This document shows positions 27,997 through 37,662 of a stretch of 64,000 bases of DNA, in pieces (the first letter of the stretch is position 1; every line of letters begins with the position of its first letter). The notes beneath the pieces are model-generated. The model had not been told where the DNA came from. It did not search any database and saw nothing but the letters and a program-made list of their open reading frames with translations. Source of the stretch: an uncultured bacterium (GTDB lineage Bacteria > Bacillota_I > Bacilli_A > RFN20 > CAG-826); assembly GCA_949293175.1 (NCBI GenBank), contig CASFCI010000005.1, positions 2,170 through 66,169 of the forward strand, written 5' to 3'. Position numbers and translations under genes: made by a program.

Positions 27997-29031
27997 CTAG
28001 TAATGGACCCTCGTCTTCCCAACTGCGAACTGCAGGAAGGTGAACGCCAAGATTATGACGAACAGGAACACGGCAGCGGCCGCGGCGTATTGGGTGTTGA
28101 TCTGAAGGTTATCGTAGATGTAGTAGACGATCGTGTACATGTTCGGCTGGCCATAGGTGCCAGAGGTGCCAGGGCCGTTGAACAAAGCGACGATAGAGGT
28201 GTACTCCTTGAACGCCCCGATGAAGGAAGTGACGAGGATGTAGAGGATCTGCGGGGAAAGCAGAGGGACGGTGATGCGCCAGAGGGTCTTGGCCTTCGAG
28301 GCGGCGTCGATCTGCGCAGCTTGGTAGTATTGCTTGTCGATTCCCTGCAATCCTGACAGGAAAACGAGGATTTTGAATGGGATTGATGACCAGACTATGT
28401 AGATGCATAGCGGCACCATTGCGACCCAGCGGTCGGCGCCGTAGATCCAGGTGGTGTCTGAGCCGAAGATGTAGTTGATGACGCCTTGGTTGTCGAAGAT
28501 GACGGCGAAGACCATGCCGACCGCGATGCCGTTGGTGACGTAAGGCAGGAAGAAGACGGTCTGCAGGAACTTCTGGAACCATTTGATGGAGTTGAGGGCG
28601 ACCGAGATTATGAGCGCCAATAGCGTCGACACCGGAACCGTCATGAAGACTAGGATGAAGGTGTTCGGGATGGCGTATTGGACGAAGTTGGTCTGGGTGG
28701 CCCCGGTCGAGGTTGTGGTTAACCCGAGGATGACCCCGAAGTTGTTGATGGTGAAGCCATCGTATTCGCCGGTCGCGTACTTGTAGTTGTCGGTGAAGGC
28801 GATGAACATGGTGTTCACCAAGGGGTATAGCAGGAAGACGACGAGGAGAATCAAAACCGGAGCTAGGTAGAGCCAAGCCTTCCAGTTGTTGTTGCTGGCC
28901 ACGTCGTTGATGCCCGTGACTTGGTATTCCTTCTTCCTCTTGCGGGAAGAGACGAGGCGGATGACGGTGTCGTTCTTCTCCTCGTGGTAACCAAGCGAGG
29001 GGGCTATTTTCACGCTTGTCTGTTCGCTCAT
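27997..29031 (-). CDS. CUT1 ABC permease (MalF/UgpA-like)
   Basis: WLYLAP, FFLPYVT, LSGLQGIDKQYYQAAQID, ITVPLLSP. Confidence 0.92.
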   Translation of the reverse strand: MSEQTSVKIAPSLGYHEEKNDTVIRLVSSRKRKKEYQVTGINDVASNNNWKAWLYLAPVLILLVVFLLYPLVNTMFIAFTDNYKYATGEYDGFTINNFGVILGLTTTSTGATQTNFVQYAIPNTFILVFMTVPVSTLLALIISVALNSIKWFQKFLQTVFFLPYVTNGIAVGMVFAVIFDNQGVINYIFGSDTTWIYGADRWVAMVPLCIYIVWSSIPFKILVFLSGLQGIDKQYYQAAQIDAASKAKTLWRITVPLLSPQILYILVTSFIGAFKEYTSIVALFNGPGTSGTYGQPNMYTIVYYIYDNLQINTQYAAAAAVFLFVIILAFTFLQFAVGKTRVHY

Positions 29032-29040
29032 AACTCCCCC

Positions 29041-30966
29041 TTAGTCTAGATAGATCCTCTTTTCGGTTTCCCCGTCGAAGACGAACATCTTGTGGGGCTT
29101 GACGGCCACGCAGAGGGTTTGGGCGCCCGGGTGGTCATCGGCGGAGATGATGATCTTGAAGGTCTCCTTGGTGCAGTGGGGGTTCTTGGCGACGATGGAG
29201 ATATCGCGGCCGAGGACCTGGATCATCTCGACGTCGCAGTGCAGACCCTGGCCTTCCTTGGGCTTATCCATGGAGAAGCCTTCTGGGCGGATGGCGATGT
29301 AGACGTCCTTCTCCTCTTTGAGGGCTTTCGACTTGGAAGCGAAGACGACGTCGTCGCCGATCATGACCTTGCCGCCGCCGATATGGCCCTTGAAGACGTT
29401 GATCGGCGGGGTTCCAAGGAACATGGCGACGAATAGGTTCGATGGGTTGTTGTAGACGTTCTGCGGAGCGTCGATCTGCTGCATTTCGCCTAGCTTCATG
29501 ACGACTATCTGGTCGGAGATCGACATCGCCTCTTCCTGGTCGTGGGTGACGAAGACGGTGGTGATGCCGGTTTCCTTCTGGATGCGGCGGATCTCCTCGC
29601 GGGTCTGCAAGCGGAGGCGGGCGTCGAGGTTGGAAAGCGGCTCGTCTAGGAGCAAGACCTTTGGCTTCTTGACGAGGGCGCGGGCGATGGCGACGCGCTG
29701 CTGCTGGCCGCCGGAGAGCTGGTTGGGCTTGCGCTGCAGGTACTCATCGACTTGGACGAGCTTCGCAACCTCGTAGACGATATCGCGCCTTTCCTCTTTG
29801 GTGAGGTGGCGGTGGGCGATGGCCTGGGTGGTCTCCATTGAGACATCGGATAGGTCGAATTCCTTGGACAGGAACTGCTTGGCCTCATCGGCAGCTTTCA
29901 AGCCGATCTTGTGCAGGCGGAAGTAGACCTTAGTCTTGCCTTCTTCGTAATAAAGTTTGAAGTCGGAAATCGAGAGCTTTTGCTTGGCGAATTCCTTCTT
30001 GAACTTGCCTGATAGGGCCTTGTTGCGGACGTTGGTGATGGAATAGGTGCGGCCAAGGAAGTGCCCAGAGGCATCTAGCTCAGCCAAAATGCCATCTAGG
30101 TGGCCGCGGCGGAGCTTGGCGAAGCGGGCCATGAGCTCGTATTCGCCGTTTTGCAGACGGGAGATGATGACGCCTTCGCTGACGGCGTATTTCTTGATGA
30201 TGTCTTTTATGGTCTTGATGGTCTCGTCGATGGTCGAGGTCTGGAACTTCTTGCCTAGGTTGCCTTTGAAGATGACGTCGAGGCTCTCATCTTCCGAGCT
30301 GACGTTGACGGTGGCCCTGAAGCTGGCATCGTAAAGGGCGTCGGAAGTCATCTCCTTGGTCTCGGAGACGAGCTTGGCGTTCTCGCTGACCAGCGGGAAG
30401 TTGCTTAGGTATAGATCGTGGTTGGCCTCGGATATATCGAGCAAATCGATTCCGAGGACCAGCTTGTTGCCTTCGTGGCTTTCGATCTTGGCGGCGATGT
30501 TTCTGCCCTTCAGGCCGATGCGCTTGGCCAAAGCCAAAGCCGATTTGACGATGGCCTCGGGGATATCGCGCTCCTTCAAGGCGATCTCATATACCAAATG
30601 GAAGTGGAAGAAGGTGACCAGCGGAACCTCGACCTTTAGGTTGGTCAAAGGGAACTCGATGTTCTTGTAGATGCTCATGTGCGGGTAAAGGGCGTAGTTC
30701 TGGAAGACAAGCCCGATGCCGCGCTTCTCAGGAGCTAGGTTGGTAACTTCCTGATCGCCGAACCAAACCTCGCCGGAAGTGGGGTTCTGCAGTCCGGATA
30801 TCATGTAAAGAGTGGTGGATTTTCCGCATCCGGAAGGGCCGAGCAATCCGACCAGCTTGCCGTCTGGAACGGTGAAGTTGAGGTCTTTGACGGCCACGGT
30901 GTCGCGGATGTTCTTCTTCGCATCCCCCGGGAAGATCTTGGTTAGGTCCTTGATTCTGATTTCCAT
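29041..30966 (-). CDS. CUT1 ABC ATPase (MalK/UgpC-like) with ~270 aa insertion
   Basis: GPSGCGKST and FQNYALYPH, then a long insert, then [27 protein letters not shown]. Confidence 0.93.
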   Translation of the reverse strand: MEIRIKDLTKIFPGDAKKNIRDTVAVKDLNFTVPDGKLVGLLGPSGCGKSTTLYMISGLQNPTSGEVWFGDQEVTNLAPEKRGIGLVFQNYALYPHMSIYKNIEFPLTNLKVEVPLVTFFHFHLVYEIALKERDIPEAIVKSALALAKRIGLKGRNIAAKIESHEGNKLVLGIDLLDISEANHDLYLSNFPLVSENAKLVSETKEMTSDALYDASFRATVNVSSEDESLDVIFKGNLGKKFQTSTIDETIKTIKDIIKKYAVSEGVIISRLQNGEYELMARFAKLRRGHLDGILAELDASGHFLGRTYSITNVRNKALSGKFKKEFAKQKLSISDFKLYYEEGKTKVYFRLHKIGLKAADEAKQFLSKEFDLSDVSMETTQAIAHRHLTKEERRDIVYEVAKLVQVDEYLQRKPNQLSGGQQQRVAIARALVKKPKVLLLDEPLSNLDARLRLQTREEIRRIQKETGITTVFVTHDQEEAMSISDQIVVMKLGEMQQIDAPQNVYNNPSNLFVAMFLGTPPINVFKGHIGGGKVMIGDDVVFASKSKALKEEKDVYIAIRPEGFSMDKPKEGQGLHCDVEMIQVLGRDISIVAKNPHCTKETFKIIISADDHPGAQTLCVAVKPHKMFVFDGETEKRIYLD

Positions 30967-30981
30967 TTTTGTACCTTTCCT

Positions 30982-33093
30982 TTATTTGGTGCCGTCGTCG
31001 TCATTGACGTCGGAATCCAGTTTAAGCTTGATGGCTTTGCGCCTTTCCATCTCGTTCTTGATGGCCACCGCGAAGTAACGCACGTAGTAGCCGACGGAAA
31101 GTATCGCCGCGATGCCGAACGCGATGACGAAGGCGTCGGTCGGGTTGTATACGACCAAGGTATTGTCCAGGAAGCCCCAGCGCATTATGCAGAAGGTTAC
31201 GAACAGGACGATGAAGCCGACGAGGAAGAAGGCCAATATTGCGTTCTTCGCGAATAGCGACGGATTGAGGCGGCGGAACTCATCGTTCTTGAACTTTATC
31301 TTCTTGTAGAAGTAGGTGGCGACGATCGCGGCGATCATGATTACCGCGTAGATGATGGTCGTGAGGATGAGGGTCGAATCTAGGTTGTCGGTCGGGAGCT
31401 TGGAGTCGGCGTCGACCTGCTCGATGTTTAGATAGCCGAAGCGGGTCGAAACGGAAGAATGTCCGATGGCCTGATGGGTTTCGGTGTTCATTATGTCGAG
31501 CGTTATACCGAGGTTGTAGATCCCAAACCCCTTCATCTCGGAGGTCTTGAATCCCTCGCCGATCTCGGTGTTCTTAATCAGGAATCCGATGGTCTTTTCC
31601 CCGGTCATGACGAAAGAGGCGAGCGGGGTGAACACGCTGATCGAGGTTTCGACTATTTCGCCGTCTTTGAGGTAGCTGATGGCATATTCGGCGTCGTTTA
31701 GGCTGGACATGCGGAAGCGGATGTAGCAGCGGCCGGAGGCTATCGCCGATTCCTGTGATAGGTAGATCGACGGGTTGAGCCGCTGGTATACGCTGGTGTC
31801 AAGTTGGATTTTGAGCACGATTCCGGTGTACCCGGAGAAGGTGGCGAGATGGTCGAACTCTATAGAGGCGAAGTCCGACAATTCTAGTTTATTGGTATAG
31901 GCGATGCGGGCCTGCGCGTAGTAGCTGCCGGCCTCGAGGTTGGGCGCGAATTTGCCGTTGGAGTCCCTTATGGCCTCGTAGATGTTGGAGAAAACAATGC
32001 TTTCGTCATCCACCGATTGGCCTTCCTCGAGCGGTATGTCGATGTTGCGGGTCATGGTGACCTGGCCAACTGTATCGCCGGCGGCGTTGTAGAAGATGCC
32101 GTTGGTGGTAATGTTAATCGGATATAGGCGGTTAAGGGTTTCCCTGGTGCCATCGGCGTTAACAACATCGTAGCTGACGCGGAGGAGTTCCGGCTTGATG
32201 GGTGCCTTGTCTCCGGCGTCATAGCCTAGGATGAAGGAAGCCCCGGTTCCGAAGTCCTTGTTCTGGCTCGAAGCGGTTTCGGTGGTGTAGGTGATCTCGG
32301 TCCCGGTGATGATGTTCTCCGGTAGGGCGTCGGTCCAGCCTTCCTCAAAGGTTTCGGGAACCTCATCGGCCTCGAGGTAGATCTTGCAGGTGGCGCTTAG
32401 CCCGACAAGGGCATCGGCGGCCGCCGAGACAATTTCCTCGGGTATCCAAATTTCGGTGATGGAAGCGGCGCTTTCGGGATTGATGGCGTTGGCGTAGATA
32501 TTGGTTATATCCACGATGTAGTAGCCGTTTTTGGTGAGTTGCGCAGGAATCTCAATTACGGTATCGCCGCTCGACGGGCCGCCCGAGGCGATTTCGATCT
32601 GGTAGACAGAACCGGTGTATTCGGGTAGGGTGACCTCTCCGGTTTCCGGGTCGGTCGGGGCTTGGATGTCGCCGGCGAACGACGGATCGTCGACCGTGAC
32701 GTAGGCTTGGCGGTAGCGGTTGGCGATGGTGGAGATTCGGGATGAGAACGTAACCGAATAAGATTGCATGTTCGGAGTCGAGGTGGAGGAAGTAAGCGAG
32801 GCTATTAGGTTGTTCTCAACGTCGTGCGCCTCTTGCGGTATGCCGGTTCCGGGTTCGGCCGCGCTGACCTCCGACACCTGGTCACCAACGATTGGTCCGC
32901 TGGTTGTTGAGGTGCTTTCGGATGAGGACGTTGATTGCTCTTGCGAGCTTGATGCGGCTTCCTCGGCAAGGCCCTCAATGGCGCTTGTCTTGCTGGCGGC
33001 TGCAGCAACCCCCAAAAGGGCAAAGGCAGAAAAAGATGCTAAAAGCCACCTCCTGATCTTGGAGGGCTTTCCGGAACTGAATCGGTTGTCCAT
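30982..33093 (-). CDS. Large extracellular membrane-anchored protein (signal peptide, short BspA/LRR-like segment, 3 C-terminal TM segments)
   Basis: 703 aa ORF; IEIPAQ..ITNIYANAI..ITEIWIPEEI LRR_5-like pattern; ends 15 nt upstream of the ATPase start. Confidence 0.75.
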   Translation of the reverse strand: MDNRFSSGKPSKIRRWLLASFSAFALLGVAAAASKTSAIEGLAEEAASSSQEQSTSSSESTSTTSGPIVGDQVSEVSAAEPGTGIPQEAHDVENNLIASLTSSTSTPNMQSYSVTFSSRISTIANRYRQAYVTVDDPSFAGDIQAPTDPETGEVTLPEYTGSVYQIEIASGGPSSGDTVIEIPAQLTKNGYYIVDITNIYANAINPESAASITEIWIPEEIVSAAADALVGLSATCKIYLEADEVPETFEEGWTDALPENIITGTEITYTTETASSQNKDFGTGASFILGYDAGDKAPIKPELLRVSYDVVNADGTRETLNRLYPINITTNGIFYNAAGDTVGQVTMTRNIDIPLEEGQSVDDESIVFSNIYEAIRDSNGKFAPNLEAGSYYAQARIAYTNKLELSDFASIEFDHLATFSGYTGIVLKIQLDTSVYQRLNPSIYLSQESAIASGRCYIRFRMSSLNDAEYAISYLKDGEIVETSISVFTPLASFVMTGEKTIGFLIKNTEIGEGFKTSEMKGFGIYNLGITLDIMNTETHQAIGHSSVSTRFGYLNIEQVDADSKLPTDNLDSTLILTTIIYAVIMIAAIVATYFYKKIKFKNDEFRRLNPSLFAKNAILAFFLVGFIVLFVTFCIMRWGFLDNTLVVYNPTDAFVIAFGIAAILSVGYYVRYFAVAIKNEMERRKAIKLKLDSDVNDDDGTK

Positions 33094-33101
33094 ACGCGTT
33101 A

Positions 33102-33130
33102 ATTATATACAGGGATTTACCGAATTGCAC
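33102..33130 (-). promoter_or_regulatory. Leaderless-type promoter heading the nuclease-ABC operon
   Basis: Minus strand reads GTGCAA-17-TATAAT-8 nt-ATG, with no SD. Confidence 0.6.
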
Positions 33131-33188
33131 ACCAGTGATTTTTGCTTCCGACGGGGTAGCGCTTTCATAAATTTTCAATCGACGTTTT

Positions 33189-34199
33189 TCATTCGCGGCG
33201 GACCGATTCGAAGCTTATTGGGCGACGATGCGTTTCCGCTCCCGAAACCTGGGCTTCCGAAAGCGAATAGAAGATTTGCATATTCGTGGTATCAACTTCC
33301 TGCAAATCAAGCAAATAGTCGGCAAAACCTTGCCGCTTTTTGCTAAATCCCATCAAAGTAACGGATATTATTGCGGGGATTGCGAAGCTGAAGACCGAGA
33401 AAATTAGTATCGCGAAATAGAATATCGCGAACCTTGCCAAAGACCTTTTCCAGGTAGGGTTGAGCATTCTTCCATCGACAGTGCCGATCCTATATAGGGC
33501 TTTGCCGAAGGTCTTTCTCCCGCGGCGGAAAATCCAAGTCGGGACATAGTAGGTTAAGATGCCCGAGAGGCAATAGGAAATCGGGACTTCGACGAATAAA
33601 AGGATATTAGAAATGTACTTTGTCAGATCCAAATATGGGGTGATTCTTGTTGTTAGGTAGCCTTGGCAATGCTCGTTTATGAACGGAGTGTAAACATTCT
33701 CGAAATACTGTTTCTTCGAGGCAATGCATTCGGGGTTTTCAACAAGTTTGCCGCCTTCCATTATGAAATATGGTTCTTCAAGAAGGTATTTATCGAGGAA
33801 GAAGTCATGGTAATCGTTTGTGATTTCGTTAGATACCTCCTCTCCTTCGACCCGGTAGGCGTAATCGATGAAGTCCTCAATCGCCTGCTTGGCCTTGCTG
33901 ACCTTGTCGGCGGCGGTGAACTCGCTTGAGGCGCTTAGGTAGCCTGCGACGTCGAGTATCTGGCCTTCGTCATCGACGTAAAGGGCGCTGTCGAGCTTCA
34001 TTTGGGTCAGCGCGGCTTCCTTCTCAATGTAGTCTGGAGTTGTGCAATAGATCGCCCTGACAGCCAAAAAGCAGCATATCCCCAATAAAGCGAAGATGAG
34101 CAAATCGACTAGGTTGGCGAAAAGCCTCCTGATGAACTTGGCCCTGGTATAGACAATCTCGATCGGGCCATCGTTTTTCTTATTCTCTTCGTCTATCAT
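33189..34199 (-). CDS. RDD-family membrane protein
   Basis: RRLFANLVD, GRKTFGK, RQGFADYL. Confidence 0.8.
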   Translation of the reverse strand: MIDEENKKNDGPIEIVYTRAKFIRRLFANLVDLLIFALLGICCFLAVRAIYCTTPDYIEKEAALTQMKLDSALYVDDEGQILDVAGYLSASSEFTAADKVSKAKQAIEDFIDYAYRVEGEEVSNEITNDYHDFFLDKYLLEEPYFIMEGGKLVENPECIASKKQYFENVYTPFINEHCQGYLTTRITPYLDLTKYISNILLFVEVPISYCLSGILTYYVPTWIFRRGRKTFGKALYRIGTVDGRMLNPTWKRSLARFAIFYFAILIFSVFSFAIPAIISVTLMGFSKKRQGFADYLLDLQEVDTTNMQIFYSLSEAQVSGAETHRRPISFESVRRE

Positions 34200-35335
34200 A
34201 TGTAATGGCCCTTCGCCTTGTATATCTCATCTAGGCTTTCCTCTTTTAGGCATACCGAGTGGGTGAAAAGCTCGGTCATGCCGCGGTTGTACTTATCCGC
34301 AAGGACCACGATCATATCGGCCAATAGCAGCACCGCCCCGGTAATGAATAAGCCGAATAGGGGAGCGATCGAGAAAACATAGTTGACCGATACCGTCGGG
34401 ATAGGCAGGAAAAGCAGCATCGGTATTGAGAAGACCGACTGATATATGCCGATGAGCACCCTCACCCAACGTTTCATTATGGTGAACGACGACTTATCTA
34501 CCCTGTCCACCCGCAGCATGGATTGGCTAGGTGTACGGCCGGTTTTGTTAACCTGAGGATAGACGAAGTAGATGAGAATGCAGGCGATCGAGAACGACAC
34601 GGAAGAGGCGATGATGGCCATGTTCTGCTTATATTGGTCGAACCCATCGATAAGCGAAGTCAGATCATCATAGCTCCTCGACGGGGTCCCATCAGGCGAG
34701 ACCAGGTCGTTGGCCTTCACGTCATCGATCATGGTGTAGAACATCGAGAGGAAGAAATGGGGGAAGATATCGTCGTAGTAACCCTTGCCGGTCTCGCTCA
34801 TCTCGTCTTTCGGGTCGAAATAAGGGGCGAGCTGTTCCTTGAACTCGGCTTTGAGTGCTGGCAGCCCATTCGCATCCAAGCTTTCGAAGTCGAACATGTG
34901 GAGGTTATCGTAACGTTCGTAGAGCTCGATTAATGTCTGATCGTCCTTGTTGGGGTAAACGGAGTAGTAGGTGTGGAATATCTCATCGCCAATTGGCCCG
35001 TCGACCACGTAATAGGACAAGAAACGGTCGAAGGTATAGCTTAGGTTCTCCTCGATGTTGTTCTTGGTCTCGGCGGATTCGTAGAACAGCAAGTCGTTAT
35101 CGTAAAGAATCTGGAAACGGTCCTGCTGATGGGAGACGTCGTTCGACTCTTTTACATCGTATCCGGTGGTCGACTTAATTATCGGGTAAACCGCGATGTT
35201 GGATAGGAATATCGCGGCGATGAAGACGATGAAGAAATCGCCCAGAAACAAGAGGATTCTTCTCCATTTCCCAAGGGGCAATACATCGACTGTAGTGCCC
35301 CGATTTGTCTTGGCGTTTTCCTCCATTTCGCTCAT
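34196..35335 (-). CDS. RDD-family membrane protein
   Basis: RRILLFLGD, GRTPSQ, NRGMTELF; ATGA overlap with the next gene; start approximate. Confidence 0.75.
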   Translation of the reverse strand: MSEMEENAKTNRGTTVDVLPLGKWRRILLFLGDFFIVFIAAIFLSNIAVYPIIKSTTGYDVKESNDVSHQQDRFQILYDNDLLFYESAETKNNIEENLSYTFDRFLSYYVVDGPIGDEIFHTYYSVYPNKDDQTLIELYERYDNLHMFDFESLDANGLPALKAEFKEQLAPYFDPKDEMSETGKGYYDDIFPHFFLSMFYTMIDDVKANDLVSPDGTPSRSYDDLTSLIDGFDQYKQNMAIIASSVSFSIACILIYFVYPQVNKTGRTPSQSMLRVDRVDKSSFTIMKRWVRVLIGIYQSVFSIPMLLFLPIPTVSVNYVFSIAPLFGLFITGAVLLLADMIVVLADKYNRGMTELFTHSVCLKEESLDEIYKAKGHYI

Positions 35336-35365
35336 TTTAACCGCAAAAGCCTTTCGCAAGTTTAA

Positions 35366-35863
35366 TTATTTTGCCCTTCGCAGAGCCTCGCATACGAAGT
35401 CGGGCCCGACGCGAACCACTTCGTCGAATGCTTTTTCGGTTTCTTCGTCTAGCGGCTCAAACTGCGATTCGAGCCTCTTCATGGCCTCCAAGGGAAGCCT
35501 TCTATCGCCGGTGCGCTGATCGTTGAGCAATTCGCAAACCGAAGCGGGTATATCGAACATGACCAGGACGTGGTGATCGTATTCTGGGGTGGAGTCAACG
35601 TAGTATCTGCGATAGTGGTTGTTGAGGTTGGTGGAATCGGCTATGACGATCGCCCCTTCCTGTTTCCCGAATCGCTTGAGCCTATCCAAGAAGGTGGACC
35701 AAACGCGAGCTTCGTCGGAGAAGTTCGCGGTCGTGCCGAAGAACTCCTTCCTAATCTCGTCGCTCGAGACTATCTTCGCCGAGGGATGCAGCCGTTTGTA
35801 TTGCCTTGACCAAGTCGATTTCCCGCTTCCTGGCAAGCCCGATAAAAGCAGCAGAGTCCGCAT
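35366..35863 (-). CDS. AAA_33/PNK-like P-loop kinase
   Basis: GLPGSGKST, SSDEIR, DSTNL. Confidence 0.85.
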   Translation of the reverse strand: MRTLLLLSGLPGSGKSTWSRQYKRLHPSAKIVSSDEIRKEFFGTTANFSDEARVWSTFLDRLKRFGKQEGAIVIADSTNLNNHYRRYYVDSTPEYDHHVLVMFDIPASVCELLNDQRTGDRRLPLEAMKRLESQFEPLDEETEKAFDEVVRVGPDFVCEALRRAK

Positions 35864-35976
35864 ACGGGGCTATTTTAAACGCGGCAGGCCGATAATTCAC
35901 CCCTTTCTTTGGGCTTGCAATGCAGGCAAATATGTTTAAAAAAATCGAAAAATAACCCTAGCATAAAATTAAACGC

Positions 35977-36007
35977 AGTTTATATTGATATAAACTTTGT
36001 CTATAAT
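35977..36007 (+). promoter_or_regulatory. Promoter of the kinase-like/prs operon, with palindromic operator candidate
   Basis: Perfect inverted repeat AGTTTATAT-tg-ATATAAACT (35977-35996), then TATAAT at 36002-36007. Confidence 0.55.
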
Positions 36008-36031
36008 TTAGCCGCAAGCGTTAGGAGTTTT

Positions 36032-36622
36032 ATGGACAAAGGCGACATAATACAGCTGAAGAACAGGAAATTCGTTGTAGAGAGCGTGAAGGCGGTTCAC
36101 GAAGACCACACCACGTTCATCTGCACTTGGGCGGGGCGGACCTATTGCGTTCGCACCTACAATACGGACTATCAGAAGGCTCTAGACGATTATAAGCAGC
36201 TGAAGCACGCCGGCATCAACATGGCCAAGATGTGCTACCACGACGACGATGCCAAGGTCATCGCCTTCGATTATTTCCCGGAGCGCAATTGCCTCGAGGT
36301 CCTATCAAAAAACGAACTCACCGATGCCTACTTCACCGCTTTGTTCGATCTCTATCGCTTTTGCCGCTATTCGAAGGTTGCCCTCGATTGGGAACCACAG
36401 AACTTCATGCTGCGTGGCAGCCAGATGTTCTATCTGCCGACCAAATGGGAGCCTCTTACCGACAAGAACCATCTAGAGAAGGGAAAACTCCGCACCTGGT
36501 TCTTGGGAGAAGAAGGGCATGAGCTGCTCAAGAAGAAAGGCTATGACACCGCAGGCCTCCCCATGCTGAAAGAGGAGGAAGTCAATAAGGCGGTCGTCCT
36601 AACCACCGTCAAAAACTGGTAA
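36032..36622 (+). CDS. Hypothetical protein, possibly a degenerate protein-kinase-like fold
   Basis: AGGAG SD; DWEPQNF resembles a kinase D-x4-N catalytic loop; TAATG overlap with prs. Confidence 0.7.
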   Translation: MDKGDIIQLKNRKFVVESVKAVHEDHTTFICTWAGRTYCVRTYNTDYQKALDDYKQLKHAGINMAKMCYHDDDAKVIAFDYFPERNCLEVLSKNELTDAYFTALFDLYRFCRYSKVALDWEPQNFMLRGSQMFYLPTKWEPLTDKNHLEKGKLRTWFLGEEGHELLKKKGYDTAGLPMLKEEEVNKAVVLTTVKNW

Positions 36623-37581
36623 TGCTAGATTCAGTAAAAGTATTCTCCCTCACCGCCAACAAGTCCCTTTCGGAAGAAGTGTGCCGCCTTTTGGGCATTG
36701 AGGAAGGCCGTTCGGAGATAACGCATTTCTCCGATGGCGAGGTTATGGCCCGTTCCCCGGACTCGGTCCGCGAGAAGACCGTCTATATAATTCAATCCAC
36801 CGCGACCCCGGCGGCCGAAAGGCTCATGGAGCTATTGGTGTTCATCGACGGCATAAGGAACGCCAAGGCCAAGGAAATCAACCTGGTAATCCCGTACTAT
36901 GGATTCTGCCGTCAGGACCGGGTCGCTAGGCCGGGCGAGCCCATCACCGCCAAGTTGGTGGCCGATCTGCTCGACACAGTAGGGGTGAACCGGATAATCA
37001 CCATGGACCTGCACACCCCGCAGACCCAGGGCTTCTTCTCCTGCCCGGTCGATGATTTGTCGTCGATCCCGCTATTCGGCGAATATTTCCGCAACGAATT
37101 CAAGCGCCTTGGTATCAAGACCGAGGATGTTGTTGTCGTTTCTCCAGACCACGGCTCGATCCACAGGGCCCGCGACTTGGCTTCCGAACTCCCGAACTCT
37201 GAGCTCGCCATCATCGACAAAAGGCGCCCGGCCCCCAATGTGGCCGAGGTCATGAACATCGTCGGCGAGGTCAAGGGCAAGCACTGCCTGATCGTCGATG
37301 ACATAATCGACACCGCCGGCACCGTCTACGCCTGCTCGACCGCCATCAAGGCCCGCGGGGCAATCGATGTCCGCGTTGCGGGCACCCATGCCGTCTTCTC
37401 CCCCGGTTCGGAGGAGCTGCTCAAGAAGTCGGACATCGTCGATATGGTCGTGACCAACTCCATCGAGCATAAGCCGATCCCCGGGGTCACCGTCCTCTCC
37501 ATCGCCCCGATGATCGCCGGAATCATCAAAGCCAGCGTCGAAGGGACCGCGGTTCCCGACTCCTGGATGAGTTTCTATTGA
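36622..37581 (+). CDS. prs: Ribose-phosphate pyrophosphokinase
   Basis: FSDGE, PYYGFCRQDR, DLH, SPDHG, IVDDIIDTAGT. Confidence 0.95.
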   Translation: MLDSVKVFSLTANKSLSEEVCRLLGIEEGRSEITHFSDGEVMARSPDSVREKTVYIIQSTATPAAERLMELLVFIDGIRNAKAKEINLVIPYYGFCRQDRVARPGEPITAKLVADLLDTVGVNRIITMDLHTPQTQGFFSCPVDDLSSIPLFGEYFRNEFKRLGIKTEDVVVVSPDHGSIHRARDLASELPNSELAIIDKRRPAPNVAEVMNIVGEVKGKHCLIVDDIIDTAGTVYACSTAIKARGAIDVRVAGTHAVFSPGSEELLKKSDIVDMVVTNSIEHKPIPGVTVLSIAPMIAGIIKASVEGTAVPDSWMSFY

Positions 37582-37612
37582 TTTTATCGGCCTTAAAGAT
37601 AAGAATTAAGCC

Positions 37613-37654
37613 ACGCTGTTAGTCCTCGGCACCCAGCGTTAAAAAATCAGGAGG
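37613..37654 (+). ncRNA. preQ1-I-like riboswitch (variant)
   Basis: P1 stem ACGCTG/CAGCGT, 15-nt loop containing TCCT, A-rich tail TAAAAAATC, then the AGGAGG SD that can pair with the loop; directly upstream of queT. Confidence 0.7.
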
Positions 37655-37662
37655 CACCGAAA

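Noticed and set aside
29815-30633. ATPase insertion as an intein
   Set aside because: No Cys/Ser start, no His-Asn end followed by C/S/T, and no LAGLIDADG motif
35977-35996. GTTT...AAAC palindrome as a CRISPR repeat
   Set aside because: Single copy, no spacers and no cas genes
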